Assembly: GCF_009914755.1 (NCBI RefSeq)
Contig: NC_060947.1
DNA from: the human T2T-CHM13v2.0 reference genome, Homo sapiens
DNA: 64,000 bases
Direction: 5' to 3' (one strand)
The notes under the pieces: generated by a model
Databases searched by the model: none
What the model was told of the DNA's origin: nothing
The model's input: the letters and a program-made list of their open reading frames with translations, nothing else
Made by a program: the position numbers and the translations under genes
Shown here: one piece after another, positions 55,685-64,000 of the stretch
Position numbering within the stretch: the first letter of the stretch is position 1
Layout: each line of letters begins with the position of its first letter

Positions 55685-57954
55685 TGTATTAGTCTGTTTT
55701 CACGCTGCTGATAAAGACATACCCAAGACTGGAAAGAAAAAGAGGTTTAATTGGACTTACCGTCCATGTAGCTGGGGAAGGTCTCACAATCATAGTGGAG
55801 GGCAAAAGGCACTTCTGACTTGGCAGTGGCAACAGAGAATAAGGAGGAAGCAAAAGCAGAAACCCCTGATAAACCCATCAGATCTCATGAAACGTATTCG
55901 CTATCACGAGAATAGCATGGGGAAGACCAGCCTCACTGATTCAGTTACCTCCCGCTGGGTCCTTCCCACAACACGTGGGAATTTTGGGAAATACAATTCA
56001 AGTTGAGATTTGGGTGGGGACACAGCCAAACCATATCATTCCACCCCTGCCCCTCCCAAATCTCATATCCTCACATTTCAAAACCAATCATGCCTTCCCA
56101 ACAGTCCCCCAAAGTCTCAACTCATTTCAGCATTAACCCAAAAGTCCACAGTCCAAAGTCTCATCTGAGACAAAGCAAGTCCCTTCTGCCTTTGAGCCTG
56201 TAAAATCAAAAGCAAGCTAGTTACTTCATAGATACAATGGGGGTACAGGAATTGGGTTAATATAGCCATTCCAAATGGGAGAAATTGGCCAAAACAAAGG
56301 GGTTACAGGGCCCATGCAAGTCTGAAATCCAGCAGGGCTGTCAAAGTTTAAAGCTCCAAAACGGTCTTTTTTGACTCCAGGTCTCACATCCAGGTCATGC
56401 TGATGTAAGAGGTGGGTTCCCATGGTCTTAGGCAGCTCTGCCCCCATGGCTTTGCAGGATACAGCCTCCTTCCCAGCTGCTTTCACAGGCTGGCATTGAG
56501 TGTCTGTGGCTTTTCCAGGCGAATAGTCAAAGCTATTGGTGGAGCTACCATTCTGGGGTCTGGAGGACAGTGGCCCTCTTCTCACATCTCCACTAGGCAG
56601 TGCCCCAGTAAGGACTCTGTGGTGGCTCCAACCACACATTTCCCTTCAGCACTGACCTAGCAGAGGTTCTCCATGAGTGCCTTCGCCCTTGCAGCAAACT
56701 TCTGCCTGGGCATCCAGGCATTTCCATACATCTTCTGAAATCTAGGCGGAGGTTCCCAAACCCCAGTTCTTGACTTCTGTGCACTTACAGGCTCAGCACC
56801 TTGCGGAAGCTGCCAAGTCTTGGGGCTTGCACCCGCTGAAGCCATGGCCCAAGCTCTATGTTGGCCCCTTTCAGCCACAGCTGGAGCTGCTTGGATGCAG
56901 GGCAGCACATCTCTAAGCTGCACAAAGCACGGGGACCCTGGGCCTGGCCTAGGAAACCATTTTCTCCTGGGCCTCCAGCCTGTGATGGGAAGGGCTGCCG
57001 TGAAGACCTCTGACATGCCCTGGAGGCATTTTCCGCACTGTCTTGGGGACTAACATTTGGCTTCCCGTTACTTATACAAATTTCTGCAGCTGGCTTGAAT
57101 TTCTCCTCAAAAAATTGATTTTTCTTTTCTACTGCATCATCAGGCTGCAAATTTTCTGAACTTTTATGCCCTGTTTCCCTTTTAAAATAGAATGCTTTTA
57201 ACAGCACCCAAGTCACCTTTTGAATGTTTTGCTGCTTAGAAATTTCTTCAGCCAGATGCCCTAAATTATCTCTCTGAAGTTCAAAATTCCACAAATCTCT
57301 AGGACAGGGGCAAAATGTCGCCAGCCTCTTTGCTAAAACATAACAAGAGTCACTTTTGCTCCAGTTCCCAACAAGTTCCTCTTCTCCATCTGAGACCACC
57401 TCAGCCTGGACCTTATTGTTCATATCACTATCGGCATTTTTGTCAAAGCCATTCAACAAGTCTCTAGGAGGTTCCATACTTTCCCACATTTTCCTTTCTT
57501 CTTCTGAGCCCTCTGAACTGTTCCAACCTCTGCCTGTTACCCAGTTCCAAAGTCACCTCCACATTTTCAGGTATCTTTTCAGCAACGCCCCACTCTACTG
57601 GTATTTACTAATTTACTGTATTAGTCTGTTTTCGGGCTGCTCATAAAGACATACCTGAGACTGGGAAGAAAAAGAGGTTTAATTGGACTTACAGTTCCAT
57701 GTGGCTGGGGAAGGTCTCACAATCATGGTGGAGGGCGAAAGGCAGCAAGAGAGAATGAGGAGGAAGTAAAAGCGGAAACCCCTGATAAAGCCATAAGATC
57801 TCGTGAGACGTATTCACTATCACGAGAATAGCATGGGAAAGACTGGCCCCCATGATTCAATTACCTCCCACTGGGTCCCTCCCACAATACATGGGAATTC
57901 TGGAAGATACAATTCAAGCTGAGATTTGGGTGGGGACACAGCCAAACCGTATCA
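55685..57954 (-). mobile_element. Full-length THE1 (THE1C-like) MaLR: 3' LTR 55685-56038, internal 56039-57616, 5' LTR 57617-57954
   Basis: Two ~350-bp direct LTRs (tgtattagtctgttttc...cacagccaaacc(a/g)tatca), a ~1.6-kb THE1-int, and 5-bp TSD attta at 55680-55684 and 55955-equivalent position 57955-57959. Confidence 0.95.
56785..57489 (-). pseudogene. Residual THE1-int (MaLR) ORF, 234 codons
   Basis: MWESMEPPRDLLNGFDKNADSDMNNKVQAEVVSDGEEELVGNWSK...CPCPRDLWNFEL...LAEEISKQQ is the typical MaLR internal ORF. Downstream parts continue in other frames. Confidence 0.75.
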
Positions 57955-58149
57955 ATTTATTAATGCTGAAATGCTATTGTTTGGTTCTTACTATGTTTCT
58001 TTAGTTCTGCCATCTCCTCATTCAGTTATTATCCTGTCTTTTAATTCTTATTTATTGAATTCATATTTTATTGAGTTCTAACACTGAAAAACTCAGAGCA
58101 TTCTTACGTTTCTTGGATTATGTTTCCTTCCACATGTTTTTCTAAGTGA

Positions 58150-58910
58150 ATTTTAAAATTAGGATCATTGTAACTTCATATACAGTTTTAAGAAATAATA
58201 CAGGGAGATCCTATGTAACTTTTGCTAAATTTTCCCCAAAGGTAGCACATCTTGCAAAACTATAGTATAAAATCGCAACCAGGACATTGACGTTGACACA
58301 ATTCATCCATCTTATTCAGATGTCCTCAGCTTTGCTTCTAGTCACTTTTGTGTGCAAGTGCATGCGGATGCGTGTGTGTGTGTGTATGTGTGTGTTTTTA
58401 ACCTCTATGCAATTTATCACCTGTGTAGGTTTATGTATCCACCACCACAGCCAGGATACAGAACAATTCCAACACCACAAGAATCCCTTGTATTGCCCTT
58501 TTATGACCACACCCTCATACCTCCCACTTGACCCTCACCATCCCTAACCCCTGGAAACCACTAATTTGTTCACCTTTAGAACTTTGTCATTTTGAGCATG
58601 CTATATAAATGGAGGTATACAGTATATGACCTCTATGGATTGGCTTTTTTCACTTAGTATTTCCTGGAGATCTATCCAAGTTATTCCATGATCAGCAGTT
58701 TGTTTTTTTAGATTACTGAGTAGTACATGCTATAATATGGGTGTACCACAGTTTGTTTAACCATTCACCCATTGAAGTACATCTGGGTTGTTTCCAGTTT
58801 TGGACTATTATGGGGAAAGCTGCTACGAGCATTTGTGCACAGGTTTTTGTGTGACTATGAATTTTCATTTCTCTGGGATAAATGCCCAAGACTGCAATTG
58901 CTGCTCCATA
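58150..58910 (-). mobile_element. L1MC/MD 3' end
   Basis: aagaaataatacagggagatcc...gtaccacagtttgtttaaccattcacccattgaag...tctctgggataaatgcccaag. Confidence 0.82.
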
Positions 58911-59755
58911 TGGATTTAATCTCTTGTTTGCATGCTATGTTTTTTCCTTTTTCTCCTTTGGTTGTGGTGGTATGTTGGCATAGTAGCCATGCCATTTCTT
59001 TCCCCCTTTGCCTATGCTTAACATGGGCAGGTCTGGCCAGAACTTCTATTCGCTTTGATATAATTTGATTTAATTCTCCATGACACCTTTCTCAGCTTAT
59101 CTAGGACCCTTTTCTATTCCCCTCCAAGGTCTTATTTGAAAGCAGAATGTTCTGTTCAATTCATTGTTCTGTAGCCTTCAGATAAAGTCTGTGAAGGGCA
59201 AAACTCAGCTAAGCCTGGCCCCTCTTTGCTGAGGGGCCTGGACTCTTTTCTCTGTTTTCTGATGTTTTGTTAAATGTCCATAGATGGCCCACTTCCACCT
59301 GCCAGTGGCATAGTCCACTCCCAAAGCTTTGGCTCAATACTTCTAAGAAACAGGGAAATAGGGAACCTCAAGAAAATGGCAAGCCCTGGCAGCCCTGCCT
59401 GCTTTGGCTGAGATATTGCAGTAATATGTTAGAGCTTCTCCTCTTGAGGACATTTGCTGGACTCTTCCTAAATGCTCTGTTTCTGAACTCCTCCCCCTCC
59501 ATCCCACAGTCCTGTTGACCACTCTCCAAATTGGTGGATTTCACTGATGGATAACTTACAGGAGTTTGTTGACTTGTTTTTTTCCCTAAGTGTTGCTTCT
59601 AGGGGTGGGAACAGAGTAAAGAACATTGTAGCAATGCCCCGAGGCCCTTTAATTTTCTTCCCTGGCTGCTGCCTTTGGGAATTTATAGTTTGAAGTTTTA
59701 CTCTTTTCCTTGTTTGCTGCTGTTGAAATCGCTAGCATCTTTCTAATTATGATTT

Positions 59756-59784
59756 TGTGTGTGTGTGTGTGTGTGCGCATGTGT
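59756..59784. repeat. (TG)n microsatellite with a gcgc interruption
   Basis: tgtgtgtgtgtgtgtgtgtgcgcatgtgt. Confidence 0.9.
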
Positions 59785-60479
59785 TCATTTTGTTAGATAT
59801 TTGGCAGTGGTGGTAGGATATTGGGTAAGATTCTCTAGGTCAGCTTTATTCTGTCAACTTCTTCAGGAAATCTCAAATGGTGTTTTCTTAACTTTTTCAT
59901 GCTGAAGGGCCTGAAGCTGGAGAAGAATAGCCCTTTTGGGAAGGTACGGAAATATAACAGAGTTGGGCAGTCACTGCCTCCAGGACCTGGAGGGGAGAAC
60001 ATAAGTTAGGAAAAGCTGACATGGCACACTCAAACATGGAATTAACCTGGGACCCCTAGCTGCATATGAACCTTTCTCTCCTTCACTCCCCTTATCCAAC
60101 TTTCCCCAAGTTCTGTCGATTTGCCTCCAAATTCCTCCTCACATGTAACTCTTCTTTTCTGTCTTACTGTCATTGCCTTTAGTCAAATCCTTGTCATATT
60201 AAATATTGTAGAAATCCTTTATTCTGGATTTCTACAGTATTCTCCAAACAGGGTTCCATGTCTCTAGTTTCTTCCGCATGCATGCCATCCTCCCTACACT
60301 GCCAATTTGCCTAAAATAACACGTTGACACTTTTGACACAATGTTAGTTTTCCTAAAACACCACTTTGTATATACCCTCTCCTTTTGAAGGTCATCAGAA
60401 ACCTTCCAATTGCCAAAAAAAAAAAATTTAAACTTCAAACTTCTTAACATGGTCTAAAATATTAAGAGCAGCTAATATT

Positions 60480-60715
60480 GATATGGTACTTACTAAATGC
60501 GGGAACAGTCTAACTCATTTTTTACATACTGAATGATTTCATCCTCAAAACAAATCTTTGGGGTGATGGTTGTAATTATCCTTATTTTACACGTGAAAAA
60601 AACTAAAGCAAGAGAGGTCTCATATTTTTCCCAAGGCCACACCGCTAGTAAGTTGAGGAAATGGGATTTAAATGCTGGCAGTATGGCTCCAGAGTCCATT
60701 CTCTTAAGCCAGTCC
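60480..60715 (-). mobile_element. MIR
   Basis: ttatccttattttacacgtgaaaaaaactaaagc...cccaaggccacac...ggctccagagtccattctctta. Confidence 0.7.
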
Positions 60716-62231
60716 ATGACATTGCTTCCCTACAATGTCCTTTTTTATCTGCCATACTAATTACCTGTGTAGCTTTATCACTCTCTCCTCACCACCCATG
60801 TACCTATATTCTGGCCACATCATGCTACTTGATATTCTCTGAACATACCATATTCTTTCATGGCTCTGCTCCTTTTTACATGTTGTTCTCTCCATGGACC
60901 ACTCTCACCCCTTACCAAACCTGCTTGGTCAAGTCTCATTCATCATTGTTTTCTCCTGCTCCTTTTTGCTAAAGTGCAAATCTAATTTTGCAATTTAAGG
61001 TTTGCCCTTCAGTGAGGCCCCATGACCTCTAGGATACACCCAGGTTTCTCAGCACAGTAGATAAGGCCCTGCAAGATCTAGTCCTTGCCTATCGCTCCAG
61101 CATCATACTTTCATCTTTCCCAGTCACACCTCATATGCCACTCATACCAAACTACTTGGAATTTCTCAAACACATCATTCTGTTCCATGCCTCTGTGCTT
61201 TTGTCCATATTCTTTTTCTGATTGGAATCCCTTGCCTACCTGGAAGACTCCTACGCATGCTTCAAGACTTAGTGCAATCATCTTCTTTGTGGTGAAGGCT
61301 TCCCTGCCCTGATCTGACCTCCTTTATGTTCCTTGGAGAATAACTGGTTATTCTCTTCTCAGTGTCATCCATGTACCTTGTACATTACTTCTGTTATAGC
61401 ATTTATCACACCATTGCACAATTTTTTTTTATTTTTTTATTTTTCAGACTGGTTATATCTGCTTCAGATGCACAATTTTTTTTACACAGCTATCTTCTTT
61501 ATTAACTTACTTGAGGGAGATGATAGTATTTTTATTTCTTTAAAGTTTACTCTCACTTGTATCTGGCACATAAATGGCACTCCAACTTACATGTTGGAGG
61601 AATGAATCTTAATAGCCCCAGTGTCTAACACAGTGCTAGGACACAGTAGGTTCTCAGTAAATATCTGTGTAATTAGCAAATAAATGTATAAGCTTTTATC
61701 TTACTGTTATTTGCTCTCCTTCTAGGCACTTCCTACTTCTTCAAGCAGATCTTTTAGTGGGAGCTCCCAGTGCCTCTGAGCTAGCTTGTGAGTCTATTTT
61801 CCAGTGTAAAAGTTTACCTGGAAGGGAATAGCATGACCTTAGACAACATGGCTAGAGGAGAAGGGCTGGGTCAAGCTGGGAAGAGCAGAGCAAGGTAGAA
61901 TATTTGCCAGCACCTAACAGGTTTTGGTGTGCTAGGGTAGCTCTGCAGATATGGCTAACTCTTCCTAAGGCAATGATTCCCAAACCTGAGTGGACAACAC
62001 AATTGTTGGGAAATAATTCTCCATGGTGTCTGCATATTTTGTGAGCAGTGGCACTGACTTTCTTTGTTACAGACTATATTTTCAAGGATGTTTGTACAGA
62101 AAACAGCCTTGGAAGACAGAGATGGTGTCTCCCTCCAAAACAAAGAGCAGGGTTATTTCTGTCCCATGTAATAAAGATAACCTTTCCTTCTAGGGTAAAC
62201 GTCAGGCAGGCTTACTACCCATTATAAAAGA

Positions 62232-62467
62232 ACTGGGAGTTGAACAATGAGAACACATGGACACAGGGAGGGGAACATCACACACTGGGACCTGTCGGGG
62301 GGTGGGGGGCTAGGGGAAGGATAGCATTAGAAGAAATACCTAATGCAGGTGATGGGTTGACGGGTGCAGCAGACCACCATGGCACATGTATACCTATGTA
62401 ATAAACCTGCACGTTCTGTACATGTACCCCAGAACGTAAAGTAAAATAAATAAATTTTAAAAAAAAT
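62232..62467 (+). mobile_element. L1PA 3' end (5'-truncated)
   Basis: tgggagttgaacaatgagaacacatggacacagggaggggaacatcacacac...aacctgcacgttctgtacatgtaccccagaac followed by an A tail. Confidence 0.92.
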
Positions 62468-62498
62468 TCAGGTTTGTTAAGCTTGGGTTTCCTCTTCT

Positions 62499-62638
62499 TT
62501 TTTACTATTTATTTATTTATAGAGATAAAGTCTCACTATGTTGCTCAAGCTGGTCTCAAACTCCTGGGCTCAAGTGATCCTCCCTGCCTCAGCCTCCCAA
62601 AGTGCTGGGATTACAGTCGTAAGCCACTGCCCCCGGTC
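62499..62638 (-). mobile_element. FLAM / Alu left monomer
   Basis: Monomer length; TSD gtttcctcttct at 62487-62498 and 62640-62651. Confidence 0.85.
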
Positions 62639-62784
62639 AGTTTCCTCTTCTGTAACACAATCCAGATGCTTGCATCACCTGGCCCTCTTCAAGTCATCCC
62701 GTGAGAATTAGGGTACAGGAAACTGGCACACATGCTGATACTCTGGATATTGCTTCTGCTGTAAATAATAGTAACAACTGTAAT

Positions 62785-63088
62785 GCCAGGCCCAGTGGCT
62801 CACACCTGTATCTCAGTGCTTTGGGAGGCTGAGACCAGCCCAGGCAACATAGCAAGACCCTGTCTCTAAAAAAATAATTTAAAATTTAGCTGGGCATGGT
62901 GGTGCACGGTTGCATTCCCAGCTACTCGAGAGGTTGAGGTGGGAGGATCTCTTGAGCCCAGGAGTTTGAGGCTACAGTGAGCTGTGATCGCACCACTGCA
63001 CTGCAGCTCTGAGACAGAGCAAGATCCTGTCTCAAAAAAAATTAAAATAATAATATTATTATTACATTATTATTTAATAATAATAATA
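62785..63088 (+). mobile_element. AluJ-like with an internal deletion and an (AAT)n-type tail
   Basis: gggaggatctcttgagcccaggagtttgaggctacagtgagctgtgatc; left arm shortened. Confidence 0.85.
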
Positions 63089-63407
63089 ACTCCTGTCTCT
63101 GACCCAGGAGTTTTATATCTTCTACAAATATTCATGAAATCACGGCAGGATAACTTGTTAGCTTGCAAGTAGGATACAATCTCAGATCCTTCACAGTTCT
63201 TGACAAGAATCACCTGGAGAGCTTGTTTAAAATGTAGGTTTCTGGGTTGCCCCTCAGATTATGATTTGATAGTTCTAGGAGGAAGGCCTACGAATATGAA
63301 TTTTTGATAAGTTATTCTGATGCTGGAGGCCTTTTTACCTCCCCTGAGAAACACCATCTTCAGAATTGTTAACTTGGATTTCACTATAGACTAGTCAAAT
63401 ATTTCTT

Positions 63408-63728
<321 letters not shown>

Positions 63729-64000
63729 CAAACATTTCTTCAGACATAGATAGAAGTAGTCATAGATTAACATATGAGTTCTTTTGACAATTTTTTCTAG
63801 TTTAATATAAAATGGTTAACATAGAAAATATCTGCTCAATAGATTAAAATGTAAATAAATAGAAACAAAAATAAATTGGTACCTTCGTCACTAAACTCAA
63901 CTGTTGAATCACGGTGTAAATTAAACTTGAGCTTTCATTTCTCCTCTGATAAAAAAGTGGGAAATGGTTCTTATACTAGATGACTGGTTCCTCCAGCCTG

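Larger units (their letters stand above)
62004..63205 (+). mobile_element. ERVL solo LTR (LTR47-like) with three nested insertions, itself inside a MER5A
   Basis: tgttgggaaataattctccatgg...cttcacagttcttgaca; TSD a(c/g)aat at 61999-62003 and 63206-63210; MER5A halves at ~61970-62003 and 63206-63355. Confidence 0.75.

Overview
This is primate genomic DNA, most likely human, with a typical Alu/L1/L2/MIR/LTR repeat landscape. The only protein-coding gene I can support is the 3' part of NALF2 (FAM155B/TMEM28, an NALCN channel auxiliary factor) on the + strand. It comprises the distal part of a long intron, a 172-nt coding exon (10415-10586), a 406-nt intron, a terminal coding exon (10993-11378) and a ~2.5-kb 3' UTR ending after AATAAA at 13906. 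From recall the gene is at Xq13.1 with EDA further downstream, outside this window. The remaining ~50 kb is intergenic and repeat-rich. It holds an orphan CpG island with a strong CTCF motif (~19.7-20.3 kb), two divergently oriented MER52-group solo LTRs with 4-bp TSDs, a full-length THE1C-type MaLR element with a 5-bp TSD and residual ORF, and several nested insertions. I found no convincing novel protein-coding system, and almost all six-frame ORFs are repeat-derived or chance. The best leads are regulatory or structural: a hairpin/G-quadruplex element just after the NALF2 stop codon, intronic RFX X-boxes, the CTCF/CpG island, DUX4-type motifs in both THE1 LTRs, a tiny polyadenylated LTR retrocopy and a local 125-bp duplication. 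Repeat subfamily names come from remembered consensus sequences, and boundaries without TSDs are approximate.
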